Shown here piece after piece: positions 37,781-51,221 of a stretch of DNA of 64,000 bases. The DNA comes from Squalus acanthias (Eukaryota): positions 806,001-870,000 of the forward strand of contig JASTWF010000114.1 of assembly GCA_030390025.1 (NCBI GenBank). Direction: 5' to 3'. The position numbers and the translations under genes were made by a program. The notes below the pieces were generated by a model that did not search any database, was not told the DNA's origin, and saw nothing but the letters and a program-made list of their open reading frames with translations. The number at the start of each line of letters is the position of its first letter. Positions within the stretch are counted from its first letter, which is position 1.

Positions 37781-40436
37781 ATGGTTTTGAAAATTTATTT
37801 TGGAAGTATCTTCGAAGCATTGCGGATAATGAGAATAGTTCTGGATATACAGAAGATTTACTATCCGCTCCTCGCTGCTGTTGGTGTTCCTGGTAGGTAG
37901 CTATGTCCAGGTATTAATTCTATAAACCATGTATTACTGTAATATTTTACTTGCTATCTAACCTGTAATACTCAATTATTAATGGTATTATCTGCATCAA
38001 CTTGTTATGTCTTTGTGAACGTTATGGGTGTTCTTATAAAAATACTGGCACATCCTCCCTGTGGTTGGTGCCCCTGGTAAGTCTGTATATCCAGATATTA
38101 ATAATGTAAATAATGCTTAACTGTGTTTCTCACCTTCTCATTCCCCATCCCATCCATGCTGCTATCGGCTAGAGATTCCGTACGTGATACGGTGTAACTA
38201 AGATTCAAAATGTCTTTATCCATCTCCAGCAAATATATTTGACGTGACTCTTAATTTAACGAATTTGAGTCTGCTATCTGCACTGAATTTTGTAACAGAT
38301 CAGAGAAATGATTTCATTGTTTGGGAGACTTTCGACCTTCTGCTCGGTTTGGGCCCTTACACAGAGTCAAAGAAACAAATACTGGCAGATCACATACACA
38401 TCTTTCAATGTCTGAAATATCAACTAATCATTCAGTTCCAGTCAGTTTGTCCTTTCCCACCATCTCCAGTTCTGCATTAGTGTCACTGCTTCTGCCGGAT
38501 GGAATGGTATTGCGAGCATAATTTACATTCTCTAAACATTTTCTTTCAGTCCGATGACATTATATTTATTTCCAATCTTTGTTTTGAATTTGTAATTGAA
38601 TCCCATATTCGTCTCCCACTGTTCAGTAGATCACTCAGTGAGACCCAGAGTAATTATTTCCTGTCTCATGCTGCATTTTATGATAAGCGACCCGAGCTGA
38701 TTGTAACTGAATACTGAAGTTAAGACAATCATTTGATATTTTCTCGTCTAATATTCTGTGTACGAGTTTCAAACCAACAGGTGAAAATGTACAACGGTAA
38801 AACATTTCCATTTGTTTTTAGATACTTTACAAAAGCTTTCGGCGGCACATTTTCTGTTGGATAATTCATCTGATTTCGATGCTATAAATGGATTTAGTGG
38901 GAATTTTACATGATCAATGATATAAAATTATTCAAGGTCAGGTTCCATTCTTAATTGTGTATTTCAACAAAAATGCAGAAAACTCGATCTTCAAAACACT
39001 GCTTACAGCCTAGTTCTCTTAATAACTGCAGTGCACTTGTATTTAGTATCTAAGCATCTGAATATTACATCAATGTGTTTTTAAGTACAATTACCTGTCA
39101 TTATTGCATGTCAATTTAGCACTTTCTGAAATTTAATGTTGCACTCATTTGAGTTCCAAATGTAATGGAAAGGCATTAATATTCTAAGCAGGAGCAGGAA
39201 TCCAAGTGGGATTTCCCCTCCCTAACACTGGGGCACAGAAGCGAATCACAACGCTCCAAATGCTGACTGATCCCGGTCCTTTGTGTCCCTCTTACCTCGG
39301 GCAAAGCTTTAAACTAAAGGTAGGACTATCATTTAATCTTTCATTGATTAAAAATCGTTTGCTTTCATGTTATATTTTCCCAATTTCATTTATTGATTCC
39401 ACAATGTGTTATCGATTATTCTTACAACAAACCCTATATTCAGCTCCACAGGTGATAGAATTAAATTATATCATTGAATGTTGATAATGAATTGCAGATT
39501 TCCCCCTAGAATTCCATCAAACTTCGGCTTTTGCTCCCAGCCTGATGTATAATTTCCCTTTCTTCTCCTTCCTTACAGTTAACTTAGTAACGATTGCGAT
39601 CCTCTCTCGGGGAAAGTGCGGTCTCTCCAAATGTGTCACTCGTTACCTGGTCACCATGGCAGCAGCGGATCTATTGGTCGTTATCCTCGATCTTATATTG
39701 AGGCAGATTCCTATCGTTTATCCGAAGCACTTTCATTTCGTGTTGTCTGTCCCCATATGTAATATCCACGCCGTACTGCTTTATGCAGCCACAGACTGTT
39801 CTGTCTGATTTACCGTAACTTTCACCTTTGATCGATTTGTGGCCATTTGTCACCAGAAGCTGAAAAGTAAATATTGCACCGAGAAAACGGCGGCTGTGGT
39901 TCTGGTATTTCATGTATAGGGGTAAATATAACCTTTATAATAGTCATTGGTTTTGCAGTGTAACGCACAATGTTCAGTATTCGCAGGTGTGGACAGCAAT
40001 CGAACTCCTTCATTATATTCTTACACCGGGAGTCCCATTTGTTCTGATTCTGCTACTCAATGTTTTCACCGTCAGGCACATTTTAGTGGCCAGCAGAGCC
40101 GGAAGGAGACTCCGGGGTCACAGCAGTGGTGAGATTCCCAGTGACACAGCGATGGCGAGCCGAAGGAAATTCATGGTTTTACTGTTTGTTATCTCTGGGA
40201 ATTTCATACTGTTATGGGCGCTGTTTATGGTGGATTCTGTATGGAACCGGATGTGGTATTTTCTCGGCGATGTTGATTTACTTCCTGGATTGATAAAAGA
40301 AATGGGATTCATGCTCCAGCTCCTGAGTTGCTGCACAAACACTTGTACTTATGCCGTGACCCAGACGAAGTTCAGAGCACAGTTCAAGATTGTGGTGAAA
40401 TATCCCTACACTCTAATTGTTAAATTCATTAAATAA
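37781..40436 (+). pseudogene. GPR139/GPR142-like class A GPCR pseudogene; exon 1 37781-37892, exon 2 39579-40436
   Basis: Spliced product ..IYYPLLAAVGVP|VNLVTIAILSRGKCGLSKCVTRYL..DRFVAIC..LLSCCTNTCTY. TGA replaces Trp at 39806-39808, and a frameshifting deletion in TM4 lies at ~39903. Confidence 0.88.
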
Positions 40437-40484
40437 ATGCAAGAGCTGAAGGATTTTCTGAAATAGAACTGAATTGTTTCTAAT

Positions 40485-41202
40485 ATTGGGCCATAAATTC
40501 GGCTTTCCGACTTCCTGCGGGTGTAAGCATAGCGCGCGTACTTACCTACTGCACCTGCAGTTGTGCTTTTGGCCCATGAGCACTTCTGCTCCTGGGCCTC
40601 CTCCAGCTGCCGGCGCGCACTGCTTGCGTATCCCAGGGCGCAGTTCGTTAGAAGCGTCCCCTGGGATCACGTGGGCCATGGAGCGCCAATCCGAGCCGGG
40701 CATTTTCATTCATAGATTTGACAGGAAGACCTGTCAAATCTATGAATAGAGATCGGCCCCAAAACCACACTTAAACTTCAAATAACTTAAAAAAAACAAA
40801 AATTTAAATTTTTGAAAAAATTAATTATACTTTTTAAATGTGCTAAAAATAAACTTACCTTTCTTTAAAGTATCTACAAAAGATAAACCTGTTGAAAAAA
40901 TGTTTAAATTGTAACTAATTAACCGCTTAACTTGTTAAAAACAGGCCTTGCGCCTCCTTTTTAAAGTTGCAGCTTCTCCATACTTACCCTCCCGGAGAAA
41001 CCTGAAAAAAAAACGATGTTCGCTGCGTGCGCGCAGCCTCTCCCGCGCACGTGTGCAACTTCTGAACCCCTCCCTTCAGGGGAACGGAAGTTCCGGTTTC
41101 CCGCGCATGCGCGTTGCATGCAGGAAACCGGCAATTCAGATGGCTTTACGGGTGAGTACACAGTGCGTACTCACCCGACAAAAGCCGAAATTCTGGCCCA
41201 AT
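40485..41202. mobile_element. Non-autonomous DNA transposon (MITE) with ~22-bp terminal inverted repeats
   Basis: attgggccataaattcggcttt ... aaagccgaaattctggcccaat; AT-rich centre with GC-rich subterminal arms. Confidence 0.75.
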
Positions 41203-41339
41203 GTGTTAAATCCAATCTCCCCAGTCAAAACGGACCTTCCAGAGTGACCAATAATCTGTTCCATGGAGAGACTGTGTCCTAAGTTTAAAACGGGCCGGCG
41301 GAATAAGGCGTCTGCGTACGATCTAAGGTGACTTCTCGG

Positions 41340-41700
41340 AGGTACGTGTACGAGTACATACCGAGGGGACATCCGGTAAACACTTACATTCCCAGAGATC
41401 ATCCGGTAAAGACTTACATTCCCAGAGACCATCCGGTAAACACTTACATTCCCAGAGACCATCCGGTAAACACTTACATTACCAGAGTCCATCCGGTAAA
41501 CACTTATATTCCCAGAGACCCTCCGGTAAACACTTACACTCTCAACGACCATCTGGTAAACACTTACATTCTCAGGGACAATCCGGGAAATACTTAAATT
41601 CCCAAGGATAATCGATAAACACTTCCATTCCCAGGAATCATTCAGTAAACACTTTCATTTTCAGGGATGATCCGGTAAACACTTACATTCCTGGAGACTC
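41340..41700. repeat. 30-bp minisatellite (~11 copies)
   Basis: Consensus catccggtaaacacttacattcccagagac. Confidence 0.92.
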
Positions 41701-42744
41701 CACCACTCTCTTGAGCTATCAGATTTGGCGCCTGTCACTAATCACAAACAACATCTCTGCAATCCGGAAGTCCCAATCCCGGAGACTCTCTCCTGACGCA
41801 GTTTACATTGAAAGAGCCGCTCACTGTGTAAAGATACACCGGGAAATGTCGCCTGTCTGTTGGTGTGAAAGGGCCCTTCTTCTCAAGGGATCCTCACACG
41901 CATGTGATTAACCCGATTTGTGATTCTGTCCCGATATATTAATAATAATTATTTACCGTGATCTCTACTTTGGATCCGGGATAGAATTACCCTGATACAG
42001 TGAAATTCATTGATCTGCTGAAGATTTTTCCTCTGCTGATTCCTGTTCCTGATTTAAATGTCGATTCCCTCCTAGGAACTGATCGATGCTTTCCTGTCCT
42101 ATTCACTCCTCGGAAACCTCCTGCTAACCCCGGTAAAGTACCGCGTTAATCCCTCGGTCAGGTTTGTGAAATGGTGACTGGGCTGAAATAAGATGCGAAT
42201 CCCACAGCTTGTTCAGGGGCTGATGTTCAGGATTGTTTTTACCATCTGTGATTAAATTACGAGAAACCCATAGGGAGCAGGTCATTCCCCAACTCCACAG
42301 AAACACTGGATTTCTCTCTGGCAGTGAGCGATGCATGTTATAGTGGTGAGCATTGCTGCCTTCCAAACAGTTCTCCGTTCGAATTCCCAGCCATCGGAAT
42401 TCGACTTTTCTTAATTCCTTACAATAAGAGCTCCGAGACTGGAAGCGCATTTGATGCTCAAACTGATATAACTTCAAAAGCACAAACCGGTATAATTTAT
42501 ATATGGAGATAGGAAGGGGCGAGGCCATGGAAGCAGTTTGAAAACAAGGATGAGAATGTTGTAATAGAAGCACTGCTTAACCGGGAGCCAATGAAAGTCA
42601 GCGAGCACAGGGGAGATGAGCGAACGGATTTTGGTGGGAGTTAGGACACAGGCAGCCGAGTTTTGGATGACCTCACATTTACATTGGGTGGAATCTCAGA
42701 GGCCAGCCAGGAGGGCATTGGAATAGTCAAGTCTGGAGGGGACT

Positions 42745-44282
42745 TAGAAGCTCTATAAACAGGGGAATTAGGAGCTCCATAAATAGGGAATTTAGGAGCT
42801 TCTGAAACAGGGGAATAAGGAGCGGCACCATAAACAGGGGGAATTATGAGCTCCTGAAACAGGGGAATAAGGAACGGCTGAAACGTGGGATTTAGGAGAG
42901 GGCACCAGAAACAGGGGGATCTAGACAATAGAACTAGATGAAATATCTCCAGGTTTGCAGACGACACAAAACTGTGTGGGCGTGTGTGCTGCGAGGGGTA
43001 TGCCGAGAAACTCCAGGGTGATTTGGACAGTTTGGGTGAATGGACAGAAGCGTGGCAGATGCAATATAACGTGGATAAATGCGAGGTTATCCACTTTGGT
43101 GTCAAAAACAGAAAGGCAGATTATTATCTGAATGGCAATAGATTGCGAGAAGGGGAAGTGCAACGAGACCTGGGTGTCCTTGTGCACCAGTCGCTGAAGG
43201 TAAGCATGCAGGTGCAGCAGGCGGTTAAGAAGGCAAATGGTATGTTGACCTTCATAGCGAGAGGGTTTGAGTACAGGAACAAGGATGTCTTGCTGCAGTT
43301 GTACAGGGCCTTGGTGAGACCACACCTTGTGTACTGTGTGCATTTGTGGTCGCCTTATCTGAGGAAGGATATTCTTGCCATGGAAGGAGTTCAGCGAAGA
43401 TTCACAAGGCTGATACCTGGGATGGCAGGAATGACGTATGAAGAGAGATTGGGTCGATTGGGCTTGTACTTGCTGGAGTTTAGAAGAATGTGAAGGGATC
43501 TCATTGAAAGTTATAAATTTCTGACAGGACAGGACAAACTAGATGCAGGAATCATGATCCCGGTGGTCGGGGAGTCCAGAACCAAGGATCACAGTCTAAG
43601 GATAAGGGGTAAGTAATAAGGGGACAGAAATGAGGAGGAATTTCTTCACCCAGTGAGTGGTGAACCTGTGGAATTATCTGCCGCAGAAGGCAGTAGAGGC
43701 CAATTCATTAAATAGATTCAAGAAGGAGTTGGATGTATATCTTAAGGCTAGAGGGATCAAGGGATATGGGGAGAAAGCAGGGACAGGTTACTGAATTTGG
43801 ATGATCAGCCATGACCGCATAGAATGGTGGAGCAGGCTAGAGGGGCCGAATGGCCTACTCCTGCTCCTATCTTCTATGTTTGTATGATTCTATGAATTAG
43901 GAGAGAGCACCAGAAACAAGGGAATCAGGAACTCCAGAAACAGGGGAATTAGGAGCTCCTAAAACAGGGTAATTAGGAGCTACAGAACCAGGGGAATTAG
44001 GAGCTCCTGAAACAGGGGAATTAGGAGCTTCTGCAACAGGTGAATTAGGAGCTCCAGAACCAGGGGAATTAGGAGCTCCTGAATCAGGGGAATGAGGAGC
44101 TGCTGAAACAGGGGAATTAGGAACTCCAGAAACCGGGGAATTCCGAACTCCTGAAACAGGGGAATTAGGAGCTCCAGAGCAAGGGCCATTAGGAGCTCCT
44201 GAAACCGCGGAATTAGGAGCTCCAGAACCAGGGGAATTAGGAACTCCAGAAACAGGGGAAATATGAGTTCCAGAAACAGGGG
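42745..44282. repeat. 24-bp minisatellite (ggagctcc.gaaacaggggaatta) split by a CR1 insertion
   Basis: Arrays at 42745-42918 and 43893-44282. Confidence 0.9.
42918..43893 (+). mobile_element. 5'-truncated CR1
   Basis: RT C-terminus (WQMQYNVDKCEVIHFG) and 3' tail. Confidence 0.9.
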
Positions 44283-44563
44283 ATGGAGAGCCGAAGGAAA
44301 TCCATAATTTAACTGTTTGTTATCTCGGGGAATGTCATGTTATTATGGTCAGTGTTCAGGGTGTATTCAATGTGGCACCGAATGTCGTGGTTGAGGTAAC
44401 AGTCTGTATATCTACACCGTTATGTACAAAAAATATGATTCATGCTCCAGCTCCTGAGTTGCTGCACAAACACTTGTATTTATGCCGTGACCCTGACTGG
44501 GCTCAGAGAGCATTTGAAAAATGTGGGGAAATATCCCTTTACTCAAATTGTAAAATTAATTAA
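44282..44563 (+). pseudogene. Second GPR139-like fragment (TM6-TM7 to stop)
   Basis: Colinear with 40151-40436 (gatgg.gagccgaaggaaat.., catgctccagctcctgagttgctgcacaaacacttgta..). Confidence 0.82.
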
Positions 44564-45389
44564 ATTATGAGAAGAACTAAAGACTGTGCTACGTCAGAAC
44601 TCAATGCCGCCTGACATTGTGTCCGAACCGCTCTCCCCCATGAGGCAAGTGATCTGTGTGAAAATTAACACATTCATTGACAACACTATGTTGCCTGTGA
44701 GGGGCACGGCAATTTCTAAGGCCCCACTGGAAAGTGACCAGACAAAGATGGTTGCACCCATCGCGCTGTGCAAAGTAGCGGAACACCTGCCCACACTAAG
44801 ATGGCGGCAGCCATGCCTTCGGCAAAGCGGCGGCGTTGCTCAATGAAAAAAGCAGCAGAACCCCGAGCACCCGACCCGCCCCCGTGCCCCGGATAAATAT
44901 GGTGGCACTCACGATCTGCACAGCAAAAGCATCTCTGGCACCCCGCATAAAGATGACGGCAGATGTATACTCCCCATGGGGCTGGTTGACGCCATTGAGG
45001 CTCCCATTCCCAGAGGGGAGGCCAGGTTTGTTGCAGCGGGAGTCGAACATCAGGAGGCAGCAGCAGATGGAGGTCCTTTTGCAATGGGAGCGAGTGGCAA
45101 GGTTCAGGCTCACATCCCATCCCCCCCGGCCTGCAGGAGCCCAAGCAGCCGAGCACATAAATGATCAGGCCCAGCACCAGGCCGCGAGCCCGCCCGCCCC
45201 CAGCTCACCTCCTGCCGGCTGCGCTCCACACTTGCGCCACTCTGGCCAACACTGTCTAAGCAATGGGCTGTCCCAGTTTCAGTCTTGCAAATGTTTAGCT
45301 GCAGAGGATTCTGCCTTTGCTTCTTGTCCTGTAAAGAATGAAGCCATCTGGAGAGTAGATCAATCTGTGGAAAGTAGTCTAGAGTTGTG

Positions 45390-47300
45390 AATACATTCTG
45401 CCTTCCGAGATATAAGAGCATAATTCGGCCCCATGATCCAGCTCCACCATTCAATAAGGTCATGACTAATCTGATCTTGGCCTCAACTCCACTTACCTGC
45501 AAGGGAGAGCGGCAAGTTGGTCCCAAAATTGGATTTGTGGCAGGAAGCAAAGGGTAATAGTCGATGGGGGCTTTTGTGACTAGAATATTGTTCCAGTGGG
45601 GTTCCGCAGGGCTCAGACTAGGTCCCTTGCTTTTTGTGGTAGACATCAGTGATGTAGACTTCTATGAAGTGGGCTTGATTAAGAAGATGCATAGCTTTAA
45701 AGGGATTACATAGGAAATGCGGCATAGAAACAGGCCATTCGGCACAACCAGTTCAGGCCGGCGTTTATGGTCCACACGACCCTCCTCCCGTCTTTGCTCG
45801 TCTAAATCTAACAGCAGAATCATCTATTCCCTCTCCCTCATGTACTTGTCTAGTCTCCCCTGAAATACATCTGTACTATTTGCTTCAACAACTCCCTGTG
45901 GTAGCGAGTTTCACATTCTCATCGCTCTTTGGGTAAAGAAGTTTCTGCTGAATTCGCTTTTGGATTTCTTGGTGACTATCTTATATTGATGGCCTCTAGT
46001 TATGCTCTTGCCCACAAGTGGAAACATTCTCGCTGTATCCACTCTTTCAAAACCTCTCATAATTTTAAAGATCTCTATAAGGTCAACACTCAGCCTTCTT
46101 TTTTGAAGAGAAATGAGACCCAGCCTGTTCATCCTTTCCTGATATGTATACCCTCGCATTTCTGGTATCATCCTTGTAAAGTTTGCAGATGTTATAAAAA
46201 CTGGTCGTGTGGCTGTTAGTGAGAAAGAAAGCATTGGACTGCAGGAAGATATCAATGGAGTGGTCAGGTGGGCAGAAAAGGGGCAAATTAAATTCAATCC
46301 GTAGAAGTGTGAGTTAATGCATCCCGGAGTGGGCTAACAGGGCAAAGGAATACACAATAAATGGTAGGTTATTCAGAAGTGTGGAGAAACAGAGGGACAT
46401 TAGAGTGCATGTCCACAGATCCAAGAAGCCAAGAGTACAGGTAGATAAGGTGGTTAAGAAGGCAATAGCAAAAGACTGCGGATGCTGTAAACTGAAATAA
46501 ATGCAGAAAATGCTGCAAATATTCAGCAGGTCATTATTTCAGATTGCCTGCTGAATATTTCCAGCACTTGCTGTTTTTACTTCAGATTACCCGTTGTATA
46601 TTTCCAGCGTTTTCTATTTTTATTTTAGATGAGCTGCTGAATATTTCCAGCACATTCTGTTTTTATTACTGGTTAAGAAATCTTAGGGGATACTTTCCTT
46701 TATTAGCCAAGGTATAGAATACAAGAACAGGGAGGTTATGCATGAACTGTATAAAACACTAGTTAGGCCACAGCTAGAGTGCTGCGTACAGTTTTCGTCA
46801 CCACATTACAGGAAAGATGTGATTGCACTCGAGAGGGTACAGAGGAGATTTACGAGGATGTTGACAGTACTGGAGAATTAGAGCTGTGAGTAAGGATTGG
46901 ATAGAGTGGGTTTGTTTTCTTTGCAACAGAAGAGACTGAGGGGAGACTAAATTGAGATGTATAAAATCATGAGGGGCACAGATCAGTGGATAGGAAGGAC
47001 CTATTTCAATTAGCAGAGATGTCAATGATAAGTAGGCTTAGATTTAAAGTAACATGAAGAAGGATTACAGAGGAGTAGAGGAGGACCATTTTCACACAAA
47101 GAATGGTGGGGGTTTGGAACTCATACCGATTACATTTAAAGAAAGTACTTTGATATATAGTTGAAGTGCTGTAACCTACAGGGCTACGGACCCACAGCTG
47201 CAAAGTGGGATCAGGCAGAATAGTTCTTTTTCAGCCGATAAAGACACGATGGTCCGAATGGCCTTCTTCTCTGCCGTAAATTTCTGCAATTCGATGATTC
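45390..47300. mobile_element. Nested decayed CR1 fragments with a MER6/pLTR-like insert (~46470-46670)
   Basis: RT C-terminal peptides on both strands; repeated gctgaatatttccagca..ctgttttta units. Confidence 0.7.
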
Positions 47301-47507
47301 TGTGAACTCACCTCTTACCCTTCAATATTACAGAGAATAAAAGCGTAGTTTATGTAATCTCTCCTCCTAGTCTAACCCTTGGAGCCCTGGTAACACAGTG
47401 GTGAATCTACACTGCACTCCCTCCAAGGTCCTTTCTAAGGTGCAGTGCGCAGAACTGTACACAGTGGCCTAATCAGACCTCTGTATAGCTGTCACAAAAC
47501 TTTGTTC

Positions 47508-48970
47508 CATAAGAACATAAGAACATAAGAAACAGGATCAGGAGTAGGCCAATCGGTCCCTCGAGCATTTTCCGCCATTCAATAACATCATGGCTGATCC
47601 ATTCTTGGACTCAACACCACTTTCCCGCTTTCTCCCCATACCGCTTGACTCCCTTGTAGTTCTAATATCTGTCCATCTCTGCCTTGAATATATAAAGTGA
47701 CTCCGCCTCCACAGCTCTCTGGGGTGGAGATTGCAAAGATTCACGACCCACTGAGAGAAGAAATTCCTCCTCATCTCCGTCTTAAATTGGCGAACCCTTA
47801 TTCTGAAACTATGCCCCATAGCTCTGGAATACCATACAATTGGAAACATCCTCTTAGCATCCACTCTGTTAATCCCCCTCAGAATCTTATATGTTTCAAT
47901 AAGATCACCTTTCATTGTTCTAAACTCCAATGAGTATAGGCCCAACGTGCTCAACCTTTCGTCATAATTCAACCCCTTCATCCCAGGAATCAACCGAGTG
48001 TACCTTTGCTGCACTGCCTCGTATGCAAGTATACCATCCTTAATAATGGAGAACAAAACTGTATGCAGTAATCCAGGTGCGGTCTCACCAGCGCCCTGTA
48101 AAGTTGCATCAAAACTTCCCTACTTTTATACTCCATACCCCTTGCAATAAAGGCCAAAATTCCATTAGCCTTCCTAATTACTTGCTGTACCTGCAAGCTA
48201 ACCTTTTGTTTTTCTTGATGTGGAGATGCCGGCGTTGGACTGGGGTGGACAAAAATGAGAAGTCGCACAACACCAGGTTATACTCCAACAGATTTATTTA
48301 ATTTTGTTATTGCTGTTGTGATTATCACTGGGACCCTGTGTCCCCACCAACTGAGACAGCTTTATAATGCTGTCTCAGTTGGTGGGGACACAGGGTCCCA
48401 GTGATAATCACAACAGCAATAACAAAATTAAATAAATCTGTTGGACTATAACCTGGTGTTGTGCGACTTCTCATTTTTGTTTTTCTTGTAATAGGACCAC
48501 CTTGTACCGCAGCATTTTGCAGTCACACTTCATTTAAATAATAATTTGCTTTGTCATTCTTCCTTCCAAAGTGGATAACTTCCCATTTTCCAACATTATA
48601 ATCCATGTGCCAAAATTTTGCCCACTCACTGAACCTATCTATATCCCTTTGCAGACACTTGCTAACCCACCTATCTTTGTATCATCAGCAAATTTGGCTA
48701 CAGTGCACTCGGTCCCTTCATCCAAGTCATTAATATAGATTGTAAATAGTTAAGGCCCCAGTACTGATACCTGTGGCACCCCACTAGTTACTGATTGCCA
48801 ACCGGAAAATGACCCAGTTATCCCGACTCTCTGTTTTCTGTTAGTTAGCCAATCCCCTATCCATGACAATATATTACCCCCAACCCCATGCGCTCTTATC
48901 TCGTGCAATAATCTTTTATGTGTCACCTTATCGAAAGCCTCTGGAAATCCTAAAATACCACATCTACTTC
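47508..48970 (-). mobile_element. CR1 3' portion
   Basis: AFDKVTHKRLL and GVPQVSVLGP motifs; (taagaaca)n tail at ~47510. Confidence 0.88.
48218..48480 (-). mobile_element. Penelope-end hairpin insertion (232-bp palindrome, 14-bp TSD ttttgtttttcttg)
   Basis: Arms 48249-48360 and 48369-48480 differ by one mismatch; the outer part matches the pLTR end at 31030-31112. Confidence 0.85.
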
Positions 48971-49044
48971 CATTTATATTGTGCAGGGCAAGTGTCTGAT
49001 CTTTTGCACTGGCCATTTCACTATTGAAACAGTCCCATTGTGCA

Positions 49045-49128
49045 GTTGCTATTGCCGAGTCGTTTAGGAGCTGGACCTGTAAATCTATTCAAAGTATCAT
49101 CGCACAGGTTCGAACCCTGCTCGCAGCG
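49045..49128 (+). pseudogene. tRNA-Ser(TGA)-derived pseudogene
   Basis: 3' end cgcacaggttcgaaccctgctcgcagcg matches vertebrate tRNA-Ser-TGA; the 5' half is degraded. Confidence 0.75.
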
Positions 49129-49310
49129 ATTCTGCTGGAAGCACTTCATTTTATTTAATCGTCTCCCTGTGGAGATCACTGGCCTCTAAACAGATTAAAA
49201 TACCCTCCTCTGCAGTTTATTACACTGATTAACGCAAACCTATTCTTAAAATTGGAAAGTCTCATAATTTATCGGCATCAATTAAATATTGTGGATTTGT
49301 TGGAAACTAT

Positions 49311-51088
49311 TTTACGTTGGTCCGTTAGAGGCTGAGACAGGAGAAATTATTATGAGGAATAAGGAAATCGCAGAAACGTCACACAGATATTTTGCATCTG
49401 TCTTCACAGTAGAAGACAGAAAAAGCATACCAAAAATGTTGGGGAATCAAGGGTCTAACGAGGTTGAGGTACATAACATAATTAATATAAGTAGAGAAAA
49501 AGTAGTAGAGAAACTAATGGGCTTAAAAGCTGACAAATCCCCTGGGCCTGACGGCCTAAATCCCTAGGGTTATAAAAGAGGTGGCTGAAGAGATAGTGGA
49601 TGCATTGTTTGATCTTACAAAATTCCCTAGATTCTGGAATGGTCCCAGCGGATGGGAAGGTCGTAAATGTAACATCGCTATTCAAGAAACGAGGGAGAGA
49701 AAAAACAGGGAACAGCAGGACTGTTAGCCTGAAATCAGTTGTTTGGAAAATGCTGGAATCCATTGTTTAGGAAGTGGTATCAAGTCACTTAGAAATTCAA
49801 TATATGATTAGGTAGAGTCGACATGGTTTTATGAAAGGGAAATCGTGTTTGACAAATTTATTCGAGTGTTTTGAGTATGTAAATAGCAGGGTAGATACAG
49901 GGAAATCACTGGATGTAGTATATTTGGATTTCCAAAAGGCATTCGATAATGTGCCACATAAAAGGTTATCACACAATATTAGGGCTCATGGGGTTGGGGG
50001 TAATATAATAGCATGGATAGAGGAGTGGTTAACTGACAGAAAGCAGAGAGTAGGGATAAACGGATCTTATTCTGGTTGGCAGTCTGCAACTAGTGGGGTG
50101 CCGCAAGGATCAGTGTTGGGGCCTGAGATATTTACAATCTATATGAATGATCTAGATGACAGGACCGAGTGTGATGTATCCAAGTTTGCTGATGAAACAA
50201 AGCTAGGTGGGACACAACGAGTCGAAAAAGGGATATCGATAGACTAAGTGAGTGGGCAGTATTGTGGAAGATGGAGTATAATGTCGGGAAATTTGAGGTT
50301 ATTCACTTTGGTAGCAACCATAGAAAATCAGACTTCTTTAAATGATGAGAATTTTTCAAAATTTGTTATTCAAAGAGATTTGTGTGTCCTGGTGCAAGAA
50401 AGACAGAAAGCTGGCATGCAGGTACAGCAAGCAATACGGAAGGCAAATGTTGGCCTTAATTGCATGGGGTTTCAGTATAAGAGTAAGGAAGTCTTGCTAC
50501 AATTGTATAGGGCCTTGGTGAGACAACAACTGGAGAACTGTGTACAGTTTTGTTCTCCTTATCTACGGAAGGATATATTTGCCTTGGAGGCTGTGCAACG
50601 AAGATTCACTGGATTGATTTCTGGGGTGAAAGGGCTGACCTATGACGAGAGGTTGTGTAGAATGGTCCTATACTCTCTGGAATTTAGAAAAATGATACGT
50701 GATCTCATTGAAACATGCAAGATTCTGAAGGGGATTGACAGGGTAGATGCTGAGAGGATGTTTCCCCTGGCTGGAGTGTCTAGAACTAGGGGGCATAGAC
50801 TCAGGATAAGGAGTAGGCCATTTAAGACTGAGATGTGGAGGAATTTCTTCACTCAGAGGGTTGTGAATCTTTCAAATTCTCTGCCCGAGAGGTCTGTGAA
50901 TGCTGAATCTTTGATTACATTCAATGCTGAGATAGATAGATTTTTGGACTGGGGGGAATCAAGGGATATGGAGATAGGGCGGGTAAGTGGAGTTGAGGTC
51001 GATGATCAACCATGACCTTACTGAATGGAGGAGCAGAATCGAAGGGCCGTACGTCCTACTCCTGCTCTTATTTGCTTATGTTCTTATT
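49311..51088 (+). mobile_element. 5'-truncated CR1 inserted between the tRNA-Ser and tRNA-Arg pseudogenes
   Basis: RT ORFs 49831..50247 and 50248..51015; empty site visible in the paralogous spacer at ~56845-56865. Confidence 0.9.
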
Positions 51089-51221
51089 AGCAAAGATCAG
51101 TGGGTAATATACACGCAAAACACCATTTAATAAAGACCGCTGCAATGTTTGGAAGGAAATCACCTCCAACAAATTAGTTGGAAAACAGCTTGGTTTTATA
51201 AAGTTGAACAAGCGTGTAAAG

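Noticed and set aside
41136-41597. Repetitive-peptide ORFs (also 43980..44189 and 58101..58782)
   Set aside because: Products of stop-free minisatellite units, with no splice or promoter support.
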